Of a stretch of DNA of 64,000 nucleotides, positions 41,685-53,127 are shown piece by piece; the stretch's first letter is position 1; each line of letters opens with the position of its first letter. The stretch lies in contig CBDDBZ010000039.1 in assembly GCA_965225945.1 (NCBI GenBank), forward strand, positions 128,001 through 192,000, in the 5' to 3' direction. Made by a program: the position numbers and the translations under genes. The DNA is from Alphaproteobacteria bacterium. Its GTDB lineage: Bacteria > Pseudomonadota > Alphaproteobacteria > GCA-2731375. The notes below the pieces were generated by a model that ran no database searches, was not told the DNA's origin, and worked only from the letters and a program-made list of their open reading frames with translations.

Positions 41685-42353
41685 ATGAAGTTCTTCGTCG
41701 ACACCGCGGACGTGGATGAAATCCGCGACCTCGCCGCCACCGGCATGATCGACGGCGCCACCACCAACCCCAGCCTCGTCGCCAAATCCGGGCGCGACTT
41801 CTTCGAAGTATTGCGGGAGATCTGCGCTATCGTCGAGGGCCCGGTCAGCGCCGAGGTGACGGCCACCGAGCACGCGGCGATGACGGCGGAGGGACGCAAG
41901 CTCGCCGCCTTCGCCGACAACATCGCCGTCAAGCTGCCGATGACCTGGGACGGCCTCAAGACCTGCCGGGTGCTGAGCCAGTCGGGCATTCAAATCAACG
42001 TCACCCTCTGCTTCAGCGCCACTCAGGCGCTGCTGGCGGCCAAGGCCGGCGCCGCCTTCGTCTCGCCCTTCATCGGCCGGCTGGACGACGCCGGCCATGA
42101 CGGCATGGAATTGATATCCGAGATCGTCGAAATCTTCGACAACTACGACTTCAACACCGAGGTCCTGGTCGCCTCCGTCCGAACCGTGAATCACGTCAAG
42201 CAAGCCGCCATGATGGGCGCCGATGTCTGCACCCTGCCGCCGGCGGTGCTGCGCCAGTTGATCAACCATCCCCTGACCGACAAGGGCTTGGCGGCCTTTC
42301 TCGCCGATTGGGAGAAAACCGGACAGTCGATCCTGGCGGCGGAGGCCGAGTGA
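41685..42353 (+). CDS. fsa: Fructose-6-phosphate aldolase / small transaldolase
   Basis: [39 protein letters not shown]. Confidence 0.92.
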   Translation: MKFFVDTADVDEIRDLAATGMIDGATTNPSLVAKSGRDFFEVLREICAIVEGPVSAEVTATEHAAMTAEGRKLAAFADNIAVKLPMTWDGLKTCRVLSQSGIQINVTLCFSATQALLAAKAGAAFVSPFIGRLDDAGHDGMELISEIVEIFDNYDFNTEVLVASVRTVNHVKQAAMMGADVCTLPPAVLRQLINHPLTDKGLAAFLADWEKTGQSILAAEAE

Positions 42354-43053
42354 TGACGCGTGAACGGACGCCGGCGAGGCGTGGCGGCGAGACGGAACCG
42401 GCGGCGGACGAGGTCGTCGCCTTCCTGCGCCGAAACCCGAGTTTCCTCGAGGAGCATCCGGAGCTCCTGGAGATCTTGACGCCGCCGGCGCAACGGACCG
42501 GCGAAAACGTGCACGACATGCAAGCGTTCATGCTGCGCCGCCTGCGTGACGAGGTCGGCCGTCTCGGGACCCAGTTCGCCGAATTGATCGAGACCGGGCG
42601 GAGCAACATGACCGTGCAATCGCAAGTCCACGGCGCGGTGCTGGCGCTGCTGGAGGCGCGCAGCTTCGAGCATCTGATTTACCTGGCGACGGAAGAGTTG
42701 GCGCCGATCCTCGACGTCGACGTGATCACCATCTGCGTCGAGGTCACGGCGGACGAGACGCCGGCCCGGGTGCGCACGGCCGGCATTCACAAGCTGGAGT
42801 CGCATGGCGTCGATTCCCGGATCGGCCAGGGCCGCGACGTGCTGCTGGCGAACGACATACCGGGCGACCCGGACGTCTTCGGGCCCGCCGCCGGCATCGT
42901 TCGCAGCCAAGCCCTGGCGCGGCTCAGATGCGGCCGGCACGCGCCCTGCGGCCTCATCGCCTTCGGCGCCCGCGACAAGGGCAAGTTCGAGCCCCATCAG
43001 GGGGCGGAACTGCTGGTCTTCCTCGCCCGGGTGCTGGAGCGGCAGATCCAGGG

Positions 43054-43075
<22 letters not shown>
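42353..43075 (+). CDS. DUF484 family protein
   Basis: VVAFLRRNPSFL, F.PHQGAELL.FL; typical position upstream of xerC. Confidence 0.88.
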
Positions 43076-44004
<929 letters not shown>

Positions 44005-44035
44005 GCGGGGCGGTTAGGGCTTAAGTCTCTTGCTA

Positions 44036-44521
44036 TCAGCCGTCGATTTCGACTTCGGCCTCGACCTCCACCGGCGTGCCGAAGGGCAGTCCGGCGAGAC
44101 CGACGGCGGAGCGCGCGTGGCCGCCGACCTCGGCGCCGAAGAGCTCGATGATCAGATCGGAATAGCCGTTGATCACCAGGGGATAGCGGTTGAAGTCCGG
44201 GCCTGTGTTGACCATGCCGAAGACCCGGAGCCAGGCGCTGATCCGATCGAGATCGCCGATCGCGGCCTCGATGCTGGCGAGCGCGGCGAGCGCGGTGAGC
44301 CGCGCCGCCTGGTAGCCGGCCGCCTCGCTCACCTCGGCGCCGACCTTGCCGAGCGGTTCGGCGACCGAGCCGTCGAGGTCGAGCGCGATGTGGCCGGAGA
44401 CATAGACCCGCTTGCCCCGCACCCGAACCCAGGAGAACGGCAGCACCATCCCCGGCGGCACCCGGATGGGCGCCGGCAGTTGGAGCCCGAGTTCGTTCAA
44501 ACGATCCTTGATTTTGGACAT
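44036..44521 (-). CDS. RidA/YjgF family protein
   Basis: VYVSGH, NGYSDL..LFG..GGHARSAVG..LP..PVEVE. Confidence 0.9.
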   Translation of the reverse strand: MSKIKDRLNELGLQLPAPIRVPPGMVLPFSWVRVRGKRVYVSGHIALDLDGSVAEPLGKVGAEVSEAAGYQAARLTALAALASIEAAIGDLDRISAWLRVFGMVNTGPDFNRYPLVINGYSDLIIELFGAEVGGHARSAVGLAGLPFGTPVEVEAEVEIDG

Positions 44522-44579
44522 GGCTGTCTCCCTCGTCCGCCCAAGAGCATTTCAAGCCGGGTGAAGCCCACCCACGCGC

Positions 44580-45104
44580 TCACGGCTTGCCGAAGGTGGC
44601 GATGCGGTCGATGGCGCAGACGAACAGCACCCGTTTCTCCTCGATCACGGGATCGCGTAAGCCATAGGGCGGCTCGTTGCCGGTATATTTTGTCCAGATC
44701 CGGTCGACTTGCTCGGTGACGTATTCGCCGCCTTCCTCCCCCTCGCGCAACTCCTTCTCCACCGTGCATTTGATCTGCACCCAGTGGTAAGGATTGTCCG
44801 GGTTGACGAGCAGGACCGTGAGCCGGGGGTTGTTTCGGATCCATTCGCACTTGGCCCGGTGCGAGGCCGTGTTGATCAGCACCTTGTCGTCCTCGTGGTC
44901 GAACCACATCGGCGTCAGGCGCGGCCGACCGTCCGGCCCGCTCAGTCCCAGCGTCATGGTGATTGGGCGGTCCAACAGCTGCTTGTAGATCGGGTCGAGA
45001 TCGGCGAGGCCGCTCGCTTGGCTGCGCTCGCCGACCGCGAACTGCCCCTCCTGAAGCCCGTTCGCCACATGCCTGAAATTGGCGATCGTGAAAGTCTCCG
45101 ACAT
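44580..45104 (-). CDS. Pyridoxamine 5'-phosphate oxidase-like (PPOX) protein
   Basis: DGRPRLTPMWF, NT..RAK..IRNNP, NPYHW; GGAGG RBS. Confidence 0.8.
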   Translation of the reverse strand: MSETFTIANFRHVANGLQEGQFAVGERSQASGLADLDPIYKQLLDRPITMTLGLSGPDGRPRLTPMWFDHEDDKVLINTASHRAKCEWIRNNPRLTVLLVNPDNPYHWVQIKCTVEKELREGEEGGEYVTEQVDRIWTKYTGNEPPYGLRDPVIEEKRVLFVCAIDRIATFGKP

Positions 45105-45222
45105 CTGTTCCTCCCTTGGCTTGGCCCGACGGGCGCCCTCTCCGGCGACCCGCATGGCGAACTCGAGCTTACCGCTTTTGCGGCCGCTCCGCGCCTGCCG
45201 GCACAGAGCTACGATTCCTCTC

Positions 45223-46806
45223 CTATGGCACGACCGTTTCGTGTCTTCGCCGCCGTGGTGGACGGGCCTCGACCATGCCGCCTGGCCCGAGCCGCGTGTT
45301 GGCGAGGGTGCGATCGTCATGGTTCATGCGCCAGCTCAGCATTTTTTGCGCATATTCGAGCACCAGTCCGTGATGGGCGGGATCGTTGCTGAGATCGTGG
45401 AATTCGTGAGGATCACTCTCCAGATCGAAAAAGAGCGGTGGCAGGCCGGTAAAATGGACATATTTGTAGTGCCTGTCCCGGATCAGATTGGCGCTGCATT
45501 GATCGGGAGCGAGGCCCAACACCCGGCCGCCGTCAAGCCCTGGAAAATGGCGAAAATCGAACTCTGCATGAGCCTCCGTGCGCCAATCCTGGACCTCCTG
45601 GCCCCGGCAGAAGGGGAGCAGCGACTCGCCGTCACAGGCGACGGGGACCTCGAGGCCGAGCCACTCGAGGATCGTCGCCATGAGATCGATATTTTCGCTG
45701 AAGGCGTCGATCGTCGTGCCACGCCCTGGCTCGCTCGCCTCTCTCGGATCACGGATGATCAGCGGGATGAAGTAGGTCTGCTCATGGTAGCTGAACTTCG
45801 ACATCATCCAATGGTCGCCCAACTGCTCGCCGTGGTCGGAGGTAAAAACGATGAGGGTTCGCCCCCAAGCCCCGCTCTCTTTCAGCTGCGCGATCAATCT
45901 GCCGATTTGAGCGTCGATCTCCGTCATCATGGCGTAATAGGTCGCCCTGATCTGGCGGATCTCGCCGTCGTCGAGTTCGAGATAACCCTCGAGCGAGGCG
46001 CCATGCGTGTAGGGCGAGTCCAGTTGGTTCGAGAGATAAAACCGGGCCCAGGGATGCTGCATGGCCTCTTCCTCGGGCCTCGCTCGGCGAATCGGCAGCG
46101 CCATGCGGTCGGCATCGTAGAGAGCGTTATAGGGTTTCGGCACGATAAAGGGCGGATGTGGCGAGCGATAGGAGATGTGGACGAACCAGGGTGTCGTGTC
46201 GCGGGCCGAGATATAGGCCAGCGCCTCGTCGGTCAAAAAGGCCGAGCCGCTGTCTTCCGCCCGGTACCAGGTCGGCGCGAAGGTGCGCCCGCGCGCCGGA
46301 TCAATGCCCTCCCTGTCGGGCCGAAACAGCGCTCGCGGGTCGTCTTCGACCTCATAGCCCCGTTGTCGCAACGCTTCGACCCAGGGGCGGAAGTCGGCGT
46401 CCATGCGGACCACCGGCGTCATCCCCGGCAACAGCCCGGTTCGCGTTCTGAGTTCGGGATCGTCGGATTCGCGGCCTCGCGGGTCGGCGGCGATATCGGT
46501 ATAGCCGAAAAGGGCGGGATCGTAGCCGGCCTTGCGTGCCTCGCGCGCGATATTGGCATGGCGGTCGTCGAGCGGCGTGCCGTTCGTCACCGCGCGATGA
46601 TTATGCAGATAGAGCCCGGTGTAGAGGCTCGCGCGCGCCGGCCCGCACGATGTCGCCTGCGAATAGTGGCGGCGAAACAAGGTGCCTTCCCTCGCCAAAG
46701 CGTCCAGATGCGGCGTCTTCACGACCGGATGGCCGAGCGCGGAGAGGCATTCGCCCCGCCACTGATCCGCCGTGATGAAAAGCACGTTTTCCGTCGTCTT
46801 GCTCAT
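45223..46806 (-). CDS. Sulfatase-family hydrolase, phosphonate monoester hydrolase-like
   Basis: ADQWR, CGPARASLYTG (CxPxR formylglycine motif), PHPP, SDHGEQLGDH. Confidence 0.88.
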   Translation of the reverse strand: MSKTTENVLFITADQWRGECLSALGHPVVKTPHLDALAREGTLFRRHYSQATSCGPARASLYTGLYLHNHRAVTNGTPLDDRHANIAREARKAGYDPALFGYTDIAADPRGRESDDPELRTRTGLLPGMTPVVRMDADFRPWVEALRQRGYEVEDDPRALFRPDREGIDPARGRTFAPTWYRAEDSGSAFLTDEALAYISARDTTPWFVHISYRSPHPPFIVPKPYNALYDADRMALPIRRARPEEEAMQHPWARFYLSNQLDSPYTHGASLEGYLELDDGEIRQIRATYYAMMTEIDAQIGRLIAQLKESGAWGRTLIVFTSDHGEQLGDHWMMSKFSYHEQTYFIPLIIRDPREASEPGRGTTIDAFSENIDLMATILEWLGLEVPVACDGESLLPFCRGQEVQDWRTEAHAEFDFRHFPGLDGGRVLGLAPDQCSANLIRDRHYKYVHFTGLPPLFFDLESDPHEFHDLSNDPAHHGLVLEYAQKMLSWRMNHDDRTLANTRLGPGGMVEARPPRRRRHETVVP

Positions 46807-46930
46807 GGCGACCCCGAATTTCCAAGATGGCTTGCCCAAGACGTATTGCAGATCGAGCAAAAATTCTAGCTACAGAGCAGATCCATGAACGTGATCTACG
46901 ATCTTCGATCGAAAGGCGGGTATCTCGGGA

Positions 46931-49594
46931 TCAGAAATCGAGCGAAATGTCGCGGTGGAAGGATTGGCAGACGGCCACTTCCTCCGCCTGCTCCTCCGTC
47001 AGCCGTTCCTGCTGCCTGACACCGATCGTATCGCGGATGGCGGCGTCGTATTCCGCCAGTCCGGGCGCCAGCTCCAGATTCGCCCGCGCCCGCCACGCCA
47101 CGTCGGCGGCGAACAGTTCCAGGGCCTTGGCGAGCTCGCCCGCCGCCTTTTCCCGGTCCGGCGAGTTGCCCTTGAGCGCGCGGCGTGCCCGCGAGAGCTT
47201 CGACCTGATTGGACTGGCGCCGGCCACCCGGCCGACCTCGGCGGCGCTCGCCTTGATCGTGTCCCTGGCCTGGTCGGGAGGATGATTGGCGATGACCCCC
47301 TCGAGGTCCTCGATCCGGCCTTCCAAGGCCGCTAGGGATTCCGCTTGCGAGATGACTTTGCGGAGCTCGACGATGGTCTCGTAGGCGTCGTCGACATTGC
47401 GCCGGTATGCGCGGCGCGCCTTCTTCTCGGCGTTCGCCAGCTCGACATAGCGCTTGCGGGCCCTCTCCCAGCCGGCCGGCGTCCTGGCCACCAACTCTTC
47501 CCTTTGCTTCGCGAGTTCGGCGGCCAGGCGGTCGATCTGTTCTCGGTCCTCGGCGGCGGCCGCGCCGTCGCCCTCGATGCGCCGGCGGTCCCGCTCCAGC
47601 TCCGCCAAATCGCGCTCGATCACCCCCATCACCACGCGCAGGTCGCGCATTTCGCGGTGCAGGGGGCGATAGGTTACGACATACTCGGCGAGCGCGGCTT
47701 CGGCGGCCTTGACCTCGGCCACCAAATCGAAGGTCTTCAGTGCCAATTCGAAAGCGTCCGCGAGCGAGCTCCGGTATTTGTCGGGCAGATATTCGATGTC
47801 GAGAGCCCGCGCCCGCTCGATGGCCGCGCGCAACGCGCCGCCGCGGACATCGTACTGCTGGAAGATGTGCTCTTCCAAACAGATTTGCAGCCTCGGATTT
47901 GACGGCGGCGGCGCGGTCTCCGACGTGAGATAGACCTTGTTCGGCAGATAGTTCACCAGGGACGGGAAAAAGCCGACGATGGCGAGGCCCATCAACTGAA
48001 GTAGGATGAAGGGCACCACGCCCTTGTAAATCTCGATGGTCCGCACGATCGGCGGCGCCACGCCGCGCAAGTAGAACAAGGCGAACCCGAACGGTGGCGT
48101 CAGAAACGAGGTTTGCATGTTGACGCCGATCATCACCCCGAGCCATACCGCGGTGACGTTGGCCGAGGGATCGGCGAGCAGGATCGGCGCGATGATCGGC
48201 ACCACGACGACCGCGATCTCGATGAAGTCGAGAAAGAAGCCGAGCAGGAAGATGACCACCATGACGACCACGAACTTGGTGGTGAAGCCGCCCGGCAACC
48301 CGGTCAGGAAGTCGCGCACCAGATCCTCGCCGCCGAAGGCGCGGAACGCGGCGGTCAGCATGGCGGCGCCAACCAGGATGATGAACACCAGGGACGTGGT
48401 CTTGGCGGTCTCGATCATCACGCCGTTCAGGGTCTTGTCGATTTTGAACACCCGCCAACCGCTCCAGATGACGCCGAGGCAAAAGGCGCCCGACGCGAGT
48501 GCCGCGAGGATCATGCCGATCCGGTCGTCGGGTGTCCGGATGTTCTTGACGTTGATGTCGTAGAGGTTGAGCACCGCGACGATGGCGACGAGCGAGACGA
48601 GGCTGACGACGGCGGGCGTGAAGGCGCCGCGCTTGCCTTCCATGAGCCGGTAACCGGCCAAGATCATGGCGCCGATGGCGCCCACGGCGCCGGCCTGGTT
48701 GACCGTCGCGATGCCCAGGATGATGGACCCGAGCACGATGAAGATCAGTCCCAGCGGTGGCACCAGAACGATGAAGAAGTGCTGGAAGAAGGCGACGTCG
48801 AACTCGCCTTCGTGCGGCGCCGGCGGCGCCAGCTTCGGTCGGATCCGGGCGATCACCAGGATATAGACGATGTACAGCCCGACCAGCACCAGTCCCGGCA
48901 GCAAGGCGCCGAGAAACATGTCGCCGGCGCTGGTCGAGGTCAGGTCATATTCGCTCGGCAGGCTCGACAGGCCGGTGCCCTGCTTATACTCGGCGGTGCG
49001 GATCGAGCTCGCCCGGTCGGTGGCGTTGGAAAGCTGATCGGCCAGGATGATGAGCACGATCGACGGCGGAATAATCTGCCCCAATGTTCCCGACGCGCCG
49101 ATGGTTCCGGTCGCCAAGGAGTGGGCGTATTCGGCCCGCAGCATGACCGGCAACGAGATCAGGCCCATGGCGATCACGGTCGCGCCGACGATCCCGGTCG
49201 TCGCCGCCAGAAGGGCGCCCACGACCACCACGGAAACGCCCAGTCCGCCAGGAATGGTGCCGAAGACCTGGGCCATGGTGACGAGCAGGTCCTCGGCGAT
49301 CTTCGAGCGCTCGAGCATGATGCCCATGAAGATGAACAGGGGAATCGCGATCAGGGTGTCGCGTTCGGCCTCCCAGTAGATGCCGCGGAAATTGGTGATG
49401 CCCGAGTTGAGCCATTGGATGGCGTCGCCCTGGTGGAAATAGGCGTCCGCGCGCCCTTCGAACAAATAGCCCGAGAGCGCCGCCAATCCGATCGTCACGA
49501 TCGCCGAGCCGGGAAGCGCGAAGGCCACCGGATACCCGCCGCCCAGTGCCAGGACCATCAGCAGGATGAGGATGACGAGGAACAGGATTTCCAT
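46931..49594 (-). CDS. TRAP transporter large subunit (DctM) with long soluble C-terminal extension
   Basis: AIPLFIFMG, SGTLGQIIPPS, QTSFLTPPFGFALFYLRG; ~250-aa hydrophilic tail. Confidence 0.9.
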   Translation of the reverse strand: MEILFLVILILLMVLALGGGYPVAFALPGSAIVTIGLAALSGYLFEGRADAYFHQGDAIQWLNSGITNFRGIYWEAERDTLIAIPLFIFMGIMLERSKIAEDLLVTMAQVFGTIPGGLGVSVVVVGALLAATTGIVGATVIAMGLISLPVMLRAEYAHSLATGTIGASGTLGQIIPPSIVLIILADQLSNATDRASSIRTAEYKQGTGLSSLPSEYDLTSTSAGDMFLGALLPGLVLVGLYIVYILVIARIRPKLAPPAPHEGEFDVAFFQHFFIVLVPPLGLIFIVLGSIILGIATVNQAGAVGAIGAMILAGYRLMEGKRGAFTPAVVSLVSLVAIVAVLNLYDINVKNIRTPDDRIGMILAALASGAFCLGVIWSGWRVFKIDKTLNGVMIETAKTTSLVFIILVGAAMLTAAFRAFGGEDLVRDFLTGLPGGFTTKFVVVMVVIFLLGFFLDFIEIAVVVVPIIAPILLADPSANVTAVWLGVMIGVNMQTSFLTPPFGFALFYLRGVAPPIVRTIEIYKGVVPFILLQLMGLAIVGFFPSLVNYLPNKVYLTSETAPPPSNPRLQICLEEHIFQQYDVRGGALRAAIERARALDIEYLPDKYRSSLADAFELALKTFDLVAEVKAAEAALAEYVVTYRPLHREMRDLRVVMGVIERDLAELERDRRRIEGDGAAAAEDREQIDRLAAELAKQREELVARTPAGWERARKRYVELANAEKKARRAYRRNVDDAYETIVELRKVISQAESLAALEGRIEDLEGVIANHPPDQARDTIKASAAEVGRVAGASPIRSKLSRARRALKGNSPDREKAAGELAKALELFAADVAWRARANLELAPGLAEYDAAIRDTIGVRQQERLTEEQAEEVAVCQSFHRDISLDF

Positions 49595-49614
49595 GGCGAC
49601 GTTCTCGTGTCGCT

Positions 49615-50691
49615 CTATACGTCGGCGGTTTCGGTCGTGTCGGGATCGTGACCGGCTTCACCCACCAGGACCGCCACGGCGCCGAGGAGATAGCTGGCGA
49701 ACTGGATCATCATGGTAACGGCGAAGACCAGAAGGAAGGCTGCCAGGAGGTACTTGACGTACATGCCGTAGCCGCTCTGCGTTACCTCGTAGCTGAGCAG
49801 GGGGCCGTTGATGACGTTGAACTTGCCCCACATGCCCTGGGTCAGGATCACCCAGCACAGCGGCATCCCCAACAGCAGCGAACCCACTGTATTGGTCCAC
49901 GCCTTGCCGCGTTCGGTGAATCCCGCGTAGAGGATGTCGACCCGCACGTGGCCTTCGTGAAGCAGGGTGTAGGGGCTGGCGAAGAGGAACAGGGCCCCGT
50001 ACCAGAAGCGCACCAAATCCCCCATGAACGCCTGTTCGTAGGAAAACACGAAGCGCGTGATCACGATCAGGATCTCGGCGACGACGATCAGCAGGGTGAG
50101 CCAGGTGAATCCCAGGGAGCGCGAGAACCAGGCGATGACGAAGGACACGACGACCAGCGGATAATGCACGGTCTCGCCGCGGTAGCGGGAGCGGCCGAGA
50201 TCGCCTGCCAGGTCCTTGCCGACGACCGAGGCCAGGAGCCCCTCCACCCGCAGGAAAGAGAGCACCGCATCGGCGACGCCGATCAGCAGCACGGCCCAAA
50301 ACGCCGCCCGGATGAGGTAGGCGGTCAGGTTCGAGAGCATCTCCGAATCGGCCCTGAGGGTGCGCCCCGGCGTCATCGCCACCCACGCGACGATCAGCCC
50401 GACGGGGACCGCGTAGAGGGCCACCTGGATCCAGCCCCGCGAGACGGTCGCGCCGTCCAGCGGCGATTGCAATGACTCGAAGCCGAACCATCCGAGGTGC
50501 GCGAACAAGCTCGGCAGGCCCGGCCAATCGAGCCAGAAGTTGAGGTAGTTGTTGACCAAGAACGCCGCCACCAGCACCGCCATGCAGACGGAAAACATCC
50601 GTGCCAGCCGAGCGATGGCGGTCCCCGCCGTTCCCGATGGCGTCCAGAGCGTGCCGGCGCCGCCCGCGGTCTCTTGCGCTGCAGAGGTCAT
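49615..50691 (-). CDS. TRAP transporter small subunit (DctQ), extended
   Basis: Multiple TM helices; EGHVRVDILY. Confidence 0.87.
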   Translation of the reverse strand: MTSAAQETAGGAGTLWTPSGTAGTAIARLARMFSVCMAVLVAAFLVNNYLNFWLDWPGLPSLFAHLGWFGFESLQSPLDGATVSRGWIQVALYAVPVGLIVAWVAMTPGRTLRADSEMLSNLTAYLIRAAFWAVLLIGVADAVLSFLRVEGLLASVVGKDLAGDLGRSRYRGETVHYPLVVVSFVIAWFSRSLGFTWLTLLIVVAEILIVITRFVFSYEQAFMGDLVRFWYGALFLFASPYTLLHEGHVRVDILYAGFTERGKAWTNTVGSLLLGMPLCWVILTQGMWGKFNVINGPLLSYEVTQSGYGMYVKYLLAAFLLVFAVTMMIQFASYLLGAVAVLVGEAGHDPDTTETADV

Positions 50692-50820
50692 GGCCGTCGT
50701 GGCGTCGGGAAAACCGGGCGCCGGCCTCGTGCGGTCCCGGCACTAACAAGCGGCAAGCGGGGCCCCTCGAGGGCCGCGCTGCCACGTCGAAGCAAGGTGT
50801 TCCCGAGTCTAGATCATGCT

Positions 50821-51918
50821 CTAGACACCGAGAACCCGGTTGCGTTGGGCGACATAGGCCTGATCGGAAATCTTCGACCAACCGGCCAGATCGCTCCGCG
50901 CCGCACGGAAGCTGGCGTCGATCCGCTTCGCCAAATCGCTGTGAGCGCGCACGGTCTCGAAGACCGCCTCCGCGGCTTCGCCGAAGCTGTCGTAGGTGTC
51001 ATCGGTGAACTTGCGCAGCTTGACGCCTTGTTCGGAGATGAGCTTCTTCAGCGCGGTACCGCTCTTCATCATGTACTCGGCCATCATGGTGTCGTTTTCC
51101 CAGCCGGTCGCGGCTTCGATGATCAGCTGGTCGGTCTTGGACAGGCTGTCCCACCATTTCTTGTTCATGCCGAACGACAGCATCGTGCCCGGCTCGTGCA
51201 TGCCCGGATAATAGTAGTACTTGGCGGCCTCGTAGAACTTCATGAAGCTGTCGTTCCAGGGACCGACCCACTCGGTCGCGTCGATGGCGCCGGAGACCAG
51301 GTTCTCGTAGATCTGACTGCCCGGCAACGATACCGGCGAGGCGCCCAGCTTCGCCATCACGTCGCCGCCCAGGCCCGGGATGCGCATCTTCAGACCCTTC
51401 AGGTCGTCGGCCGAATTGATCTCCTTGTTGAACCAGCCGCCCATCTGAACGCCAGTGTTCCCGGCCATGACGCATTTCAGCCCGAACCCGGCCGCCAGTT
51501 CGTCCCACAGCTCCTGACCGCCACCGAACCGGATCCAGGCGTTCATCTCGGTGTAGGTCAGGCCGAAGGGCACGGACGCGAAGTAGGCCCAGCCCAGGTG
51601 CTTGCCCTTCCAGTAGTAATCCGCGGCGTGATAGGCCTGGGCCTTGCCCGACGCCACTTCGTCGAACGCGTCGAAGGCGCCGACCCGTTCCTTCGCGGCG
51701 AAGTATTCGACCTCGATCCGGCCCTCGGTCATGATGCCGATGCGCTCCGCCAAGCGTTGCGCGCCGGTGCCGAGGCCGGGGAAGTCCCGCGGCCACGAGG
51801 TGACGATGACCATTTTCTTCTTGCCCTGCGAGATGGCCGGCGCCGCGAGGGTGGTCGTCGCGGCAACAGCCGCGCCGCCGATGGCCGCATTCTTGAGAAA
51901 TTTACGACGTTTCATCAA
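50821..51918 (-). CDS. TRAP substrate-binding protein (TakP-like, Tat signal)
   Basis: KRRKFLK, GNTGVQMGGWF, KMRIPGLGG, DATEWVGP. Confidence 0.92.
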   Translation of the reverse strand: MMKRRKFLKNAAIGGAAVAATTTLAAPAISQGKKKMVIVTSWPRDFPGLGTGAQRLAERIGIMTEGRIEVEYFAAKERVGAFDAFDEVASGKAQAYHAADYYWKGKHLGWAYFASVPFGLTYTEMNAWIRFGGGQELWDELAAGFGLKCVMAGNTGVQMGGWFNKEINSADDLKGLKMRIPGLGGDVMAKLGASPVSLPGSQIYENLVSGAIDATEWVGPWNDSFMKFYEAAKYYYYPGMHEPGTMLSFGMNKKWWDSLSKTDQLIIEAATGWENDTMMAEYMMKSGTALKKLISEQGVKLRKFTDDTYDSFGEAAEAVFETVRAHSDLAKRIDASFRAARSDLAGWSKISDQAYVAQRNRVLGV

Positions 51919-52131
51919 AGTCTCCCTGTTGAAGGTGAAGCGACACCGAACACGCGATCCATCCCGAGACGAATCGGTCTAGGGGTCCGATCGATACCGG
52001 CCATCGTCGAGGCAACCCATTTCCAGACGGGCGCTTCGTAGTCGTCCAGTATAGGGACCGGTTCGCGGCCGGCGCAAGATCCGCGGTAGAGACGGACATT
52101 TGCCCACCCGCATGCCCCCGGCGAGGCGGGT

Positions 52132-53127
52132 TCAGTCCTCGTGCTCGCTTTTCAGTTTGCGCAACTCGTCGATCAGGGGCGGCAGGACTTCGCGGCAATC
52201 GCCGACGATGCCAAAGCGCGACGATCGGAAAATTTGCGCCCCGGGATCATTGTTGACGGCAACGACCGTCTTGGCGTTGCCGCATCCCGCCATGTGCTGG
52301 CTCGCCCCGGATATGCCGAGCGCGAAATAGAGTTCCGGCGCCACGGTGCGGCCCGACAGCCCGATCTGGTAGGACGGCGGACACCATTCCAGATCGCAGG
52401 CCACGCGGCTGGCGCCAACCGCGCCCTCCAGCACGTCGGCCAGTTCCCGGGCTTGCTCGAAGCCTTCGGGGCCATTGATCCCCCGGCCGCCGGCGACGAC
52501 GACCCCCGCCGTCTCCAGCCGAACGCCCGCCGTCGCCTCGAGCCTTTGCTCGATGATGCGGCTACGGCTTTCACCGACCGGCGTGGCGAGCTCGATCACC
52601 TCGCCGGAGCGGCAATCGTCGCGCTCGAGGGCAGCCTGGGACTTGGGCTTGACCGTGAGGATGGACGGCTCGGTCTTGAACGACACGACCTCGCGCGCGG
52701 CACCGCCGTAGCATGGCCGCGTCGCGCGCAAGCGGCCCTCCGAGACTTCGGCCGCAACACAGCCGGTCGCGACCGTCGTGCCCAATCGAAACGCGAGCCT
52801 GGGCGCGAGGTCGGCGCCCATCGAGTTGTGGCCGAGCAAAATTACCCAGGGCGGTGCCGCCGCCACGACAGTCTCCAGGTTCGGCAGCCATGCCTCGGCC
52901 AGATAGGGGGCGTAAGTCTCGCCGTCGACGACATGGACCCGGTCCGCGCCGAAGGCGATCAGATCGATGGCGGCGCCCCCCAGTTCCTGGCCGAGCAGCA
53001 CCGCGCTGACCTCGGCCCCCACGGCGTCCGCCAGGCGCCGCGCCAGTGCCAGCAGTTCACGCGACAGCTCCGTGGGGCTGGCGTCGGCCGCTTCGGCAAC
53101 CACGAGAATGCCACTCGGCGCGCTCAT
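52132..53127 (-). CDS. etfA: Electron transfer flavoprotein alpha subunit
   Basis: VVAGGRG, GASR, QIGLSGRTVAP, GISGASQH. Confidence 0.92.
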   Translation of the reverse strand: MSAPSGILVVAEAADASPTELSRELLALARRLADAVGAEVSAVLLGQELGGAAIDLIAFGADRVHVVDGETYAPYLAEAWLPNLETVVAAAPPWVILLGHNSMGADLAPRLAFRLGTTVATGCVAAEVSEGRLRATRPCYGGAAREVVSFKTEPSILTVKPKSQAALERDDCRSGEVIELATPVGESRSRIIEQRLEATAGVRLETAGVVVAGGRGINGPEGFEQARELADVLEGAVGASRVACDLEWCPPSYQIGLSGRTVAPELYFALGISGASQHMAGCGNAKTVVAVNNDPGAQIFRSSRFGIVGDCREVLPPLIDELRKLKSEHED

